DNA of 64,000 bases from Eledone cirrhosa. Taxonomy: Eukaryota. The notes beneath the pieces are model-generated. The model had not been told where the DNA came from. It made no database searches and saw nothing but the letters and a program-made list of their open reading frames with translations. The stretch spans positions 17,546,001 through 17,610,000 of the forward strand of contig OZ024756.1 in NCBI GenBank assembly GCA_964016885.1, in the 5' to 3' direction. Positions 11,917 to 24,019 of this stretch are shown here, one piece after another. Both the position numbers and the translations under genes were made by a program. The first letter of the stretch is position 1, and each line of letters begins with the position of its first letter.

Positions 11917-14720
11917 CTGGTAGTAGTAGTGGTGGTGGTGGTGGTAGTAGTGGTGGTGGTGGTGGTAGTAGTAGTGGTGGTGGTGATAGTAGTAGTGGTG
12001 GTGGTGGTGGTAGTAGTAGTGGTGGTGGTGATAGTAGTGGTGGTGGTGGTGGTGGTAGTAGTAGTGGTGGTGGTGATAGTAGTGGTGGTAGTGGTGGTGG
12101 TGGTAGTAGTGGTGGTGGTGGTGGTAGTAGTAGTGGTGGTGGTGATAGTAGTGGTGGTGGTAGTAGTAGTGGTGGTGGTGGTAGTAGTAGTGGTGGTGGT
12201 GATAGTAGTGGTGGTGGTGATGGTAGTGGTAGTAGTGGTGGTGGTGGTAGTAGTAGTGGTGGTGGTGATGGTAGTGGTAGTAGTGGTGGTGGTGATGGTA
12301 GTGGTAGTAGTGGTGGTGGTGGTAGTAGTAGTGGTGGTGGTGGTGGTAGTAGTAGTGGTGGTGGTGGTGGTAGTAGTAGTGGTGGTGGTGGTGGTAGTAG
12401 TAGTGGTGGTGGTGATGGTAGTGGTAGTAGTGGTGGTGGTGATGGTAGTGGTAGTAGTGGTGGTGGTGGTAGTAGTAGTGGTGGTGGTGGTGGTAGTAGT
12501 AGTGGTGGTGGTGGTGGTAGTAGTAGTGGTGGTGGTGGTGGTAGTAGTAGTGGTGGTGGTGATGGTAGTGGTAGTAGTGGTGGTGGTGATGGTAGTGGTA
12601 GTAGTGGTGGTGGTGGTAGTAGTAGTGGTGGTGGTGGTGGTAGTAGTAGTGGTGGTGGTGGTGGTAGTAGTAGTGGTGGTGGTGGTGGTAGTAGTAGTGG
12701 TGGTGGTGATGGTAGTGGTAGTAGTGGTGGTGGTGATGGTAGTGGTAGTAGTGGTGGTGGTGATGGTAGTGGTAGTAGTGGTGGTGGTGGTAGTAGTAGT
12801 GGTGGTGGTGGTGGTAGTAGTAGTGGTGGTGGTGGTGGTAGTAGTAGTGGTGGTGGTGGTGGTAGTAGTAGTGGTGGTGGTGATGGTAGTGGTAGTAGTG
12901 GTGGTGGTGATAGTAGTAGTGGTGGTGGTGAGGGTAGTGGTGGTGGTGGTGGTGGTGGTAGTAGTAGTGGTGGTGGTGGTGGTAGTAGTAGTGGTGGTGG
13001 TGATGGTAGTGGTAGTAGTGGTGGTGGTGATAGTAGTAGTGGTGGTGGTGAGGGTAGTGGTGGTGGTGGTGGTGGTGGTAGTAGTAGTGGTGGTGGTGAT
13101 AGTAGTGGTGGTGGTGGTGGTGGTAGTAGTAGTGGTGGTGGTGATAGTAGTGGTGGTGGTGGTAGTAGTGGTGGTGGTGATAGTAGTAGTGGTGGTGGTG
13201 GTGGTAGTAGTAGTGGTGGTGGTGATAGTAGTAGTGGTGGTGGTGAGGGTAGTAGTGGTGATGGTGGTAGTAGTGGTGTGGTGGTGATGGTAGGAGTGGT
13301 GGTAATAGTAGTGGTGGTGGTGGTAGTAGTAATGGTAGTAGTGGTGGTGGTGGTAGTGATGATGGTAGTAGTTGTGGTGATGGTGGTGGTAGTGGTGCTG
13401 GTGGTGGTAGTAGTTGTGGTAGTGGTGGTGGTGATGGTGGTAGTGGTAGAGGTAGTGGTAGTGGTAGTAGTGGTGGTGGTGGTGGTGGTAGTAGTGGTGG
13501 TAGTGGTGGTGGTAGTAGTGGTGGTGGTGGTAGTTGTGGTGGTGGTGGTAATGGTGGTAGTGGCGGTGGTGAGTGTGGTAGTAGTAGTGGCAGTGGTGGT
13601 GGTAGTAGTGGTGGTAGTGGTGGTGATGGTGGTAGTAGTGGTGGTAGTAATAGTGGTAATGGTGGTGGTGTTGGTGCTGGTGCTGGTAGTAGTGGTGGTA
13701 GTGATGGTGGTTGTGGTGGTGGTGGTGGTAGTGGTGCTGGTAGTAGTGGTGGTGGTGATGGTGGTAGTAGTGGTGGTAGTGGTAGTGGTGTTGATGGTGG
13801 TAGAAGTGGTGGTAGTAGTAGTGGTAGTGGTGGTGGTGGTAGTAGTGCTGGTGCTGGTAGTAGTGGTGGTAGTGATGGTGGTAGTAGTGGTGGTAGTTGT
13901 GGTGGTGGTTGTGGTGCTGATGGTGGTAGAAGTGGTGGTAGTAGTGATGCTGGTGCTGGTAGTAGTGGTGGTAGTGATGGTGATGGTGGTGGTGGTGGTA
14001 GTAGTGGTGGTGGTGGTAGTAGCAGCGGAAGCAGGAAGAGTGCGAATAATTACATCAATAGTGACATCATCAGCAGCAGCTACCGTAATAATTATCACAA
14101 CAGTAGCAGCAGCAACAGTAGCAGCAGCAACAACAGTAGCAGCAGCAACAGTAGCAGCAGCAACAACAGTAGCAGCAGCAACAGTAGCAGCAGCAACAAC
14201 AGTAGCAGCAGCAACAGTAGCAGCAGCAACAATAGTAGCAGCAGCAGCAACAGTAGCAGCATCAATAGTAACAACACCATCAGTAACTGTAGCAACAGCA
14301 GCAACTGTTGCAACTGTAACAACAACATCATTAACAGCAGCAACAATAACAACAGTAGTAATAGTAGCAGCAGCAGTAACTGTAGCAACAGAAGCAGCAA
14401 CTGTAGCAAAAGCAGTAGCAACAGTAGCAACAGAAGCAGCAACTGTAGCAACAGCAGCAGCATCTGTAGCAACAGAAGCAGCAACTGTAGCAACAACAAC
14501 AGCAGTAGCAACTGCTGGAACACAGCAGTAACTATAGCAACAGCAGTAGCAACTGTAGCAACAGCAACAACAACAACAGCAGCAGCAGCAACAGTAGCAA
14601 CTGTTGTAACTGTAACAACAACAGCATTAACAGCAGCAGTAACAGTAGCAATAGCAGCAGCAGTAACTGTAGCAACAGAAGCAACTGTTGCAACTGTAGC
14701 AGCAACAGTAGCAACTGCAG

Positions 14721-14754
<34 letters not shown>

Positions 14755-15595
14755 AACAACAATAATAGCAACAGCAACAGTGACAGCAGCAACAACATCA
14801 ACAGCAGCAGTGGCAGCAACAACAGTGTCAGCAACAACAGTGTCAGCAACAACAGCAGCAACAACAACACCAACAGCAGCAACAGCAGCAGTAGCAGCAA
14901 CAACAACAGTGTCAGCAACAACAACAACAGTGTCAGCAACAACAACAACAACAGCAGCAACAACAACAAGTGTCAGCAAAACAACAGCAACAGCAACAAC
15001 AACAGCAACAACAACAGCAACAACAACAACAACAGTGTCAGCAACAGCAGCAGTGGCAACAACAGTGTCAGCAAAACAACAGCAACAACAACAACAGCAG
15101 CAGCAGCAACAACAACAACAGCAGCAGCAGCAACAACAGTGTGAAGGCAAACAGTCAGCTTTGTTAGTTTTTCAAACGAGATGCTGAAAGCAGTTATCAC
15201 CCTCACTGCCCCCCACTAACACACCAACACCACTAACATCAATAAAACCCCCAACACCACCAAAATCAATAAAACCCCAACACCACCACCACCACAAATA
15301 CCACTAACACCACAAACACCAATAACACCACCAACACCACTAACAACACCAATAACACCACTAACAACACCAACCCCAACACTACCAACACCACCACCAA
15401 CAACACCACAAGCACCAATAACACCACCAACACCACCACCAACAATACCACTAACACCAACAACAACACCACTAACACACCAACCCCAACAACACCACTA
15501 ACACCAACACCACCACCAACACCACTAACACCAACAACACCAACCCCAACCCCACTAACACACCAACACCACCACCAAACCCACTAACATCCACT
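11917..15595. repeat. Compound trinucleotide tract: (GTG/GTA)n, then (CAG/CAA)n, then (CAC/CAA)n
   Basis: Directly visible; source of the poly-V/T/A/L/P ORFs. Confidence 0.95.
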
Positions 15596-16647
15596 CTAAC
15601 CCAGTTGGACCAGTAACACTTGAAACCGATTTCCCTTAGACCGTCTTTCAGTTTATCATATAAATAATTTTAAAGTATTTTATCGAAATTTAAACTTGCT
15701 CTCAATATGGTATGTACGACCCTTCTTTTGGGTTGTTATGTCATGTTTTGCTCTAAACCAATGTTCCCCAACCTTGGCGTTATCACCCCCCGATGGGCGA
15801 TATGCAAGTGAATAGAAAATGGTGGGTGATTGGAAATTTTGGTGGTCAATATAGGATTTTCAGTATTAAGATGGTATTTTATAACAAAAAACAACAACGG
15901 GATCCTAAGCGGGAACAACTGGGTCACATTCATAGATAACATATATACAACCCCCACAAACAATGAACATTTTGGCATATTTTATAGTTTTCAGAAGGGT
16001 CATTAACATTCAAATAGTTCTTTGGCATATTTTATAGTTTTGAGAAAGGTCATTAACATTCAAATAGTTCTTCGGACGAAATAACATATTTAGGGGGGGG
16101 GGGAGAGGCAGGATATAAATCAGATAAGGGACAACCAAGAATAACTTTGCTAGTGTCAGTAAAATTAAGAAATTACCTCATGGTAAACTCACCAGTGTCT
16201 CCCACATCGAGGGATCACACATATATTTGACACAAGCGATGACCTTTCAGAACTCTGACGACATGCAGTAGACAAGGAGGCGCGGACGACAAGGCCAGAT
16301 AAAATATGAGAATCCCAAGATGGAACCTGTTCATAGCTCAATGCGCATGCTCATACAAACAGAGCCACTTGGAGTTGTTGGATTTTATTCATCGCCAAGT
16401 GATTGCAACGCTCTTGTGTTCTCGTATTTGTGGATTATTGAAAACAGACTTCGAGTAACAATACAATTTGTTGAACGAAAATTGTGTTATCTATTGTTCT
16501 CACTATTTTTTGGTGTATTGTACGATTTTTATTGTACCATTTAAGAGAAATTGTACCATTGTATTGTACCATTTAAGAGAAATTGTCATTACAGCATCGA
16601 TTAGCTTATCTTGTGGGTTTATCGTTTTTCCCTAGAGCAGTCGATTA

Positions 16648-17640
16648 CCTATGTGTCTTATGTGCAACCAGACTCTAAACAACGAAGCCATGAAGCCTTC
16701 ACGCTTGAAATACCATTTATATTCTAAGTTTGCTAACCACAAAGAAAAGCTATTGTCATATTTCTTACAACTTAAGACTTCATTCGAAAAGGGAAAAATG
16801 TTGATCTCGGAATTTCAGAAAGTAACTACGCAGCAAGATAATGGATTGATTGCGTCGTACAACATTTCATTACTGTCGCAAAGGCCGGTAAGTTCCACAC
16901 TATAGGAGAAACATTACTTCGACCTGTTATTAAAGAAGTTCTCTTGGCTGTACTGCATAAAAAGCCTAACACAATTATCAAGACAACTCCACTTAGTAAC
17001 AACACAATTTCTCGACGTATAAATGAAATAACCATCGGCGTCGAACATCAACTCATCCATAAATATCTGGAGTTTTGAATTTCCCATATGAGTCGATGAA
17101 TCAACAGTTGTGGGATGTCAATGCTTGATGATGGTGAATGTTTGTTTTTTAATAAAAAATACTCAACCTTGTGAGATGTGACTAACTGATCAATTGTTGT
17201 TTGACTCAAAGATTTGTATTTTAGATTTATTGAAGCTATTTTTAATGAGCATAATATCCCATTAAACCAGAGGTTCTGAAAGTGGGCGCTACTGCCCCCT
17301 GGAGGGCGTTGAGAAGGTCCAGGGGTCGCTGGAGCCTAAGGGTGCGGTAGAGATGATATAATAGTATATTAAATATCAAATGATACATACTATATATAAA
17401 TATAGTAAAATAAAAAATATATATTTATTTATACATAGTATATAAGATACAATTTATTATATATAAATTAACAATTTATTTATTTTCTATTATTTACAAT
17501 TTGCGTGTAGGCAGGTTTCTCTAGAAATAGGGATGGGGGCTCGTTGAGGGTATTACGTGGCCGTGAGGGTGGCGGTGGCTCTAAAAAGTTTAAGAACCTT
17601 TGCATTAAACAATATTGTTGCCTGTGCATCTGATGGAGGG
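16648..17640 (+). pseudogene. hAT (Buster/ZBED5-like) transposase pseudogene
   Basis: PMCLMCNQTLNNEAMKPSRLKYHL (BED finger), ASYNISLL, KFHTIGETL, PLSNNTISRRI, DEST and ASDG motifs; frameshifted. Confidence 0.88.
17268..17602 (+). mobile_element. hAT MITE nested in the transposase
   Basis: TIRs CAGAGGTTCT..AGAACCTTTG; perfect 8-bp TSD cattaaac at 17260-17267 and 17603-17610. Confidence 0.9.
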
Positions 17641-17992
17641 CAAAGTTAACTCGGTGGGTTTGAACTCAGAGTGCAGAGATTCTGGAGCCAAAAAACGTCA
17701 AATCATTCCGTCCGACCTTTTAACGAATCTGCCACTTTACTGTCTCCAGTTTAAATAGAGAGGTGGACTGAAATTTGGTCTGATTGTTTGAAGATAGTTG
17801 CTTTTATTTTGGCTAGAAGAGTGGGTCGTGTGATATGGTGTGGAGAGGAAGAAGATGATGATGAGGAGAAGAAGGGTGAGGAGGAGGGAAAGAGGAGGAG
17901 GAGAAAGAAAAATAGGAAGAGGATGAGAATGAGAGGAGATGGAGCGGGATTAGGAGGAAGAGACTTTGGTATGCCGTGACAAACATGACATG

Positions 17993-18035
<43 letters not shown>

Positions 18036-18055
18036 AAAAGAGTCAGGACCCCGAC

Positions 18056-18089
<34 letters not shown>

Positions 18090-18090
<1 letters not shown>

Positions 18091-18283
18091 GGAAAAAGTA
18101 TGACCTCGACGGCAGAGCTCAAGCCGTTTCGACGGCTATTTCTGGACTCAGAAATATCCGTCGAAACGGCTTGAGCTCTGCCGTCGGGGTCATACTTTTT
18201 CCTATTTCCCACTCTACTACCCTAAGTATTGAGTACTCTGGTGTGTTATGGTCCATCTGGTTCCTTACCACAATTCCTTTGTT
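18090..18283 (+). mobile_element. Family P element: palindrome 18090-18203 with hammerhead 3' half, plus tail
   Basis: gtc GAAA cggc-ttgagctct-gccg TC ggggtc on both arms; flanked by (TA)n. Confidence 0.7.
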
Positions 18284-18297
18284 ATATATATATATAT

Positions 18298-18611
18298 GAG
18301 AAACAAGATGGCGTAGGACAGAACAAAGGAGAGGCACAAAAACACAGAAAAGAATCCCCAGTCACTGAAGAGGTCACAGAATGTGTGACGAAAGAACTTT
18401 GACAATATATAAACAACCATCTGGTTGTGGAACCAACCAACCAACCGGAAATTTATAAATTCCTAAATTTATAAATTTATTATAATAAATTGAAGTGAAA
18501 GCAACTGGTGCGTGTGTTTCTTATTGGCAACATGACCCTCCCAAAGTATAACAATATCGGTTTCAACACACGTTTTCAGATAAATAATCTTGCTAAACAA
18601 ATTCAGAAACG

Positions 18612-18612
<1 letters not shown>
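18298..18612 (+). mobile_element. (TA)n-flanked hammerhead-bearing element, family Q
   Basis: Contains the hammerhead at 18361; its 3' part recurs at 37564-37670 (+) and 39824-39938 (-). Confidence 0.65.
18361..18403 (+). ncRNA. Type I minimal hammerhead ribozyme
   Basis: gtca CTGAAGA g gtcaca-gaatg-tgtgac GAAA gaac TT tgac. Confidence 0.7.
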
Positions 18613-18658
<46 letters not shown>

Positions 18659-18938
18659 CGTTAGCAGTATAATTGAAATAAAATAGTTTCAGCTGCGAAT
18701 CGAAACCGAACTGCGGACTTGGGTGTGCCGGAAGCTGATCTCACATTTTATGATGTTCAGTGCAATCATGTGAGCTACATTGATTTTGGTTGTGGAAAGG
18801 TGAAAAAAACCGGTTGCAGTCGAAGTATTGATAAAAGATTAAAAGATGTCGGTTTACGATGATATGTGCTCCAGATGTTCAGTCAATGTGACGACATGGT
18901 CATTACACTAACGTGAAAAAGGTTGAATATTACACAGA

Positions 18939-19160
18939 GGGCGGTGGATTGACAGTATCGGTAGAGCGTCGGACAACATGCTTTATGGCATAGAGTTATG
19001 GCCCTTTACGATCTGAGCTCAAATCCTGCCATGGTTAGCTTTGTCTTTCATCATTACGGCGTCGATAAAATAAAGTACCAGTAACGCACTGGGGTCGATT
19101 TAATTAAACTTCCTCTTCCCCTAAATTGTTGGCTTTGTGCCTAAATCAGAAACCAACATT
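18939..19160 (+). mobile_element. SINE family A, older full-length variant
   Basis: A/B boxes and central domain. Confidence 0.8.
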
Positions 19161-19671
19161 ACACAGCCATTTGCGCGACACCCTACCAGCCCTTTCAGTT
19201 TCAACGACACCCTTACGACCCCCATGGCTTCCAACGGCCTTCCTATCACTCCCTTGTCTTTCAATGACCCCCTATCTGCCACATGTCTTCCAACGACCCT
19301 CCTACAACTCTCTGCGAACCTTTTGCCCTTCAGTTCCTCTTTTTAGTCTTCCAGTGACCCCCCCCCCAGCGTGGGGGTGGTGCCCCCTTTCAGAATCACT
19401 GATCTAAACAGACTATCACACACAGACACACAAACACGCGCACACTCATACCAAGCACATAACACAGACATACCCCCACCCCCCACACACACGTACGTAG
19501 ATACCAAGCACACACACACACAATGAGCAACACACATTCACGCACACATACACCAGGCAAACACACTCATACTTATATACACACATACCTACACAAGACG
19601 CATAAAGAGTAGATAGAAACATGAGTTGACCATTTAACTGGAAGTTAAGAGTATGAAAGTGAAAATGTTAC

Positions 19672-19838
19672 CTCAAGTAGCTCATAACCACTGATAAGCT
19701 GACCATTAACACCAACAGGGCTGTCTGGAAGTATTGACCGGACAAAAGGATGTGGTCTCATTTCAACACCATCTTCTATGTCTACAGTACCTTCTAAGCT
19801 GATACCGAAACCTCCTCCTTCATGAAATTTAGACATAT
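19672..19838 (-). pseudogene. Isolated PDZ-domain exon, PATJ/MPDZ-like, probably degenerate
   Basis: [54 protein letters not shown] followed by donor GTAAC; conserved GD changed to GY. Confidence 0.75.
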
Positions 19839-19982
19839 CTATCTAGGGCGAGTAAAATTCCCGAGATCCATGGACGAGTTCCCTCCAGCGTCTCTGTCCC
19901 TCATTATCGCTGCCATGTCCTGCGTCTCCAACAGACCAGTGTCTGTCCTTAGGGCATCAACATACGTTAACCTTGGTCTTCC
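19839..19982 (-). mobile_element. RTE-like LINE extreme 3' fragment with (TAGA) tail
   Basis: [21 protein letters not shown]. Confidence 0.7.
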
Positions 19983-20009
19983 TATATACATATATACATA
20001 CATATACAT

Positions 20010-20063
<54 letters not shown>

Positions 20064-20080
20064 CATATATACATATGCAT

Positions 20081-20116
<36 letters not shown>

Positions 20117-20119
<3 letters not shown>

Positions 20120-20353
20120 CAAAGTGTTAAAACGATCAAATTTTAGTTTAGAACATTTATTTGCTGACAATTGTTTCTTCCAGAGGGAAGGCTGGAATCA
20201 TCGGAGCATAAGGAATGTTCTAAATGACTAGGATTTTAGTTACATGTTTCGAAATTCCTTATGCTCCAATGATTCCAGACTTCCCTCTGGAAGAAACAAT
20301 TGTCAGTAAATAAATGTTCTAAACTAAAACTTGATTGTTTTAACATTTTGTAT
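20117..20353. repeat. Inverted repeat, about 100-bp arms, each with a hammerhead variant
   Basis: Arms 20117-20216 and 20254-20353; adjacent to (TA)n. Confidence 0.9.
20162..20208 (-). ncRNA. Hammerhead ribozyme variant (CCGAUGA core)
   Basis: tgct CCGATGA ttccag-ccttccct-ctggaa GAAA caattg TC agca; mirror copy at 20262-20308 (+) has CCAATGA. Confidence 0.7.
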
Positions 20354-20479
20354 CTCGGTTCTGTAAAACACTTGATAATTTGCATTGAGCCTTTTGTCAT
20401 ACCGGTAGCCAGCTAGTACTTAGTACTACCCTCCATATTTATAGTTATATCAAACATATATAAATATAAATATTCTTAT

Positions 20480-20529
<50 letters not shown>

Positions 20530-20624
20530 GTATACACACATATATATATGTATATATATATATACATATACATATAGATATATATGTATACACATATATA
20601 TATATATACATATACATATAGATA

Positions 20625-20658
<34 letters not shown>

Positions 20659-20660
20659 TA

Positions 20661-20990
20661 TCATCATCATTTTACGTCCGCTTTTCCCTGCTTGCAAGGG
20701 TGGGATGGGAACTGATTCTGGCTTGATTTCTACAGCTGGATGCCCTTCCTAACACCAACCTCATTTACAGTGAGTGGTGGGTGCTTTTTTTCCGTGGCGC
20801 CTACACGTCCACTTTAGAGTGGAATGTTATGGACCCCAGTCCTATCATCTCATTTCTACTCCTGAGTAAACTGGAGCAATGTGAAATAAAGTATCTTGCT
20901 CAAGGAAACAACACATCACCTGGTCCGAGAATTGAACTCACAACCTTTTGATTGCAAGCCCAATGCTCTAACCACTAAGCCATGTGCCTC
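20661..20990 (-). mobile_element. tRNA-derived SINE family B (CORE-like domain, (GAT)n tail)
   Basis: TGGCTTAGTGG A box, GAGTTCAATTC B box, ccttgagcaagatacttt core; matches 62280-62612. Confidence 0.8.
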
Positions 20991-21000
20991 CATATGTATG

Positions 21001-21070
<70 letters not shown>

Positions 21071-21443
21071 ATTTTTTGTAGAATTCAAGAAACTAGACGT
21101 CTTTGAACTAAATGACTAAACGACTAAACTAACAGTATGCAATTTTTCGCATTGTCTCATTGTTCCAGCAAAAATCAATAATATTTCTATGTCTAGGTGT
21201 TGGTTCAATGTAATTGTTTACAGTTAATTATATCAGAACACTGCCATACATATCAAATTGAGACATATAATCAATCTGTACTGCTAATTCTTAGTACAGT
21301 CATATTACCTTTCTATGAAACGTTGCTGGTTGGCAGAATTTGTAGTAAAAGGTAAAAACGTCCTTCTTCGGTCATTCACAACCTTATGATTGTAAACCCA
21401 ACCCTCTAACCACTAAGCTATATGTATATATATATATATATAT

Positions 21444-21496
<53 letters not shown>

Positions 21497-21506
<10 letters not shown>

Positions 21507-21769
21507 TAAACGGAATAGAAAATGCTGACAAATTGTTCACAGTTGAAAAATGGTTTAATTAGGAATAAAAGAGTAAACAGCACGGACACTCTATCTCAAA
21601 ATTATTTTTGAAAAGCATTTAGAAATGCTCAACCGGTAAAAACTTAAAAACTTAAAACCACAACTGAATACTAACCCATACAATCACTAATACTCTTTTA
21701 TTCCTAATTAAACCATTTTTCAACTGTGAACAATTTGTCAGCATTTTCTATTCCGTTTACCAATATATA
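21497..21769. repeat. Inverted repeat with perfect arms of about 78 bp beside (TA)n
   Basis: 21497-21575 vs 21691-21769; decayed hammerhead-like motif in the spacer. Confidence 0.9.
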
Positions 21770-21826
21770 ATAACTTGTGTGTTACACCTCTATTCTTTTA
21801 ACTATATATATATATATATATATATA

Positions 21827-21941
21827 TAGGAACAAGTAAGACCTCGGGGTCTTACTTGTTCCTATTACCCACTCTACTACCCTAAGTATTGAGTACTTTG
21901 GTGCATTATGGTCCACCTGGTTCCTTACCACATTTCCTTTG

Positions 21942-21943
<2 letters not shown>
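21827..21943 (+). mobile_element. Family P element with short palindrome (21827-21864)
   Basis: taggaacaagtaagacc-tcgg-ggtcttacttgttccta plus common tail; (TA)n flanks. Confidence 0.7.
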
Positions 21944-22007
<64 letters not shown>

Positions 22008-22011
<4 letters not shown>

Positions 22012-22440
22012 AAATTGGAAATAGCATGGAAAATATATTTAAGGATCTGTTTCTCTTTTTTTTCCATCTTTGATTTGTCAAAGCTACATTATTGAAAAAA
22101 AATGGAGGGACAATTCTTTTAAAAAAGAGTTTTATAATGTATAGGAATATATATATATATTATAAAACTCTTTTTTAACCCTTTAGCATTCACATTACTC
22201 TATATATATACTATTATATTTTCATGGTAAAGGCTTTACCTCACATAATTATCTTACATAATATCAATTCTATGAGATTTTGAAAATATTTAACATCAGT
22301 TTGAGCGACCAGTTACAGCCAGTTTCAACAGAAAGAGGTAGAGAATTCTGGCCGGTTTTGGCCGGTTTGAACATTAAAAAGTTTTAAAAAAAGAAAAACA
22401 GATCCTTAGATATATTTTCCGTGCTATTTCCAATTTCACC
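22008..22440. repeat. Inverted repeat (about 55-bp arms) with a piggyBac-like MITE (22175-22385) in the spacer
   Basis: ggtgaaattggaaatagca.. vs ..tgctatttccaatttcacc; TTAA|CCCTTTAGCA start inside. Confidence 0.75.
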
Positions 22441-22497
22441 ACTGTTTTGTATAGAACATTATTCCCTTTTCAAATATATATATGTATATATATATAG

Positions 22498-23665
22498 GGT
22501 GAAAGGGTAACGACCCCCTTCAGTCACAAATGACCATGGGATTTTCACCTAGAAAGTTCACCCCCGAGGCACAAGTCCAGGCAAGGTTGTTTGTATGAGG
22601 AAGACCAGTAGTCACCCATGCATTCCAGTTTCCCCTCTCCATGCCATCAATGTGGTGCAAGGGAAAAGCAATGGCTGATACAGCTTGGCACCAGTAATGT
22701 CACAACTTACACTATATATACACAATATATACATTATAATATATATATATAAGGGCGGTGTATTGGCAGTATCGGTAGAGGGTCAGACGCCATGCTTTGC
22801 AGCAAAGAGTTACGGCCCTTTATGGTCTGAGTTCAAATCCCGCCGAGGTTAACTTTGCCTTTCATCCTTCCGGGGTCGATAAAATAAAGTACCAGTAATA
22901 CACTGGTTAATTGCTGGCCTTGTGCCAAAAGTAGAAACAATTATAATATATATACCCTATCCTCCCACTCCCACCAACACCACCCTCTCTCTGTAAAGTT
23001 GGTACCACAACATCCAGTCCAAATAAATGAGAAAATGATATCGAGATCGTGTAGGTGTCACGACAAAAAAACACACAGTCCACGCTGTAATGTGGCCGTG
23101 TAGGTAACACGGTAAAAACCTCCCAGCCCTACACTGTAAATGTGGTTGGTGTTAGGAAGGGCATCCAGCCGTAGAATACCTGCCAGATAGTCCTATACGA
23201 GCGAGACACGGTCACTCGACTTACCTTGCCTCAAGTGGGACAACTCCCGTCTAACCCATGCTAGCGTGGAAGATGGACGTTAAACGAAGATGATGATGAT
23301 GATGATATATGATGTCCAGGGGAAAGGCAGTGGCTGATACAGCTTGGCACCAGTGACGTCACAATTCATATATACACTATATATATAATATATATATATA
23401 CACTATATAATTGTTTCTAGTTTTGGCACAAGGCCAGCAATTATCCCAGTGTATTACTGGGATACACTATATAATGTCCAATAGAAAGGCAATGGCTGAC
23501 ACAGCCTGGCACCAGTGACATCGCAACTCATTTCTACAGCTGAGAGAACTGGAGCAACATGAAATAAAGTGTCTTGCTCAAGAACACAATGCAAAACCTG
23601 GTCTGAGAATCGAACTGATAACCTCACGATTGTAAACCCGATGCTCTAACACTTAAGCCATACGC
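22498..23665. mobile_element. Nested SINE cluster (family B body pieces, family A copy 22752-22942, (GAT)n-tailed 3' part 22990-23306)
   Basis: Mutual similarity with other copies in the window. Confidence 0.75.
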
Positions 23666-23726
23666 AGAATTGGTAGAGCTTCCGATTAAATACCAATGTT
23701 GTAATTTGTTCTGGCATCTTTTTTTT

Positions 23727-23999
23727 CTTTGACTCTTTTACCTGTTCCAGCCAACTGGCTGAGACCATGCTGGGGCACCGCTATTCATGCTACACTTTCT
23801 ATAGCCAGCCTTCCATGATTGGTCATTGATGTAAGAGGGAATTTTTTGCTGCCACCCTTATTTGTGCATCAACTTGCGCTCTGGGTTCATCTGGAATCTT
23901 GGTTAGGAGAATGTCAAGATCTCTCTTGAAACATTTACATGCATGCCATATAGTTCTCTTAGATTTTTGGAGCGGTTTGTTAAAGAGCTGGGGGGTGGA
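23727..23999 (-). mobile_element. CR1/L2-like LINE 3' end with 3' UTR tail
   Basis: PQLFN..PKNLRELYGMHVNVFKRDLDILLTKIPDEP; tail gcggtgccccagcatggtctcagcc..gtaaaagag. Confidence 0.8.
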
Positions 24000-24019
24000 G
24001 TAGTCTTTACATCCTGAGT

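Larger units (their letters stand above)
15759..17642 (+). mobile_element. Buster/Charlie-type hAT DNA transposon remnant (left end plus 5' half of transposase)
   Basis: Left TIR CAATGTTCCCCAACC preceded by ctcTAaac (nnnTAnnn); transposase motifs downstream. Confidence 0.75.
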
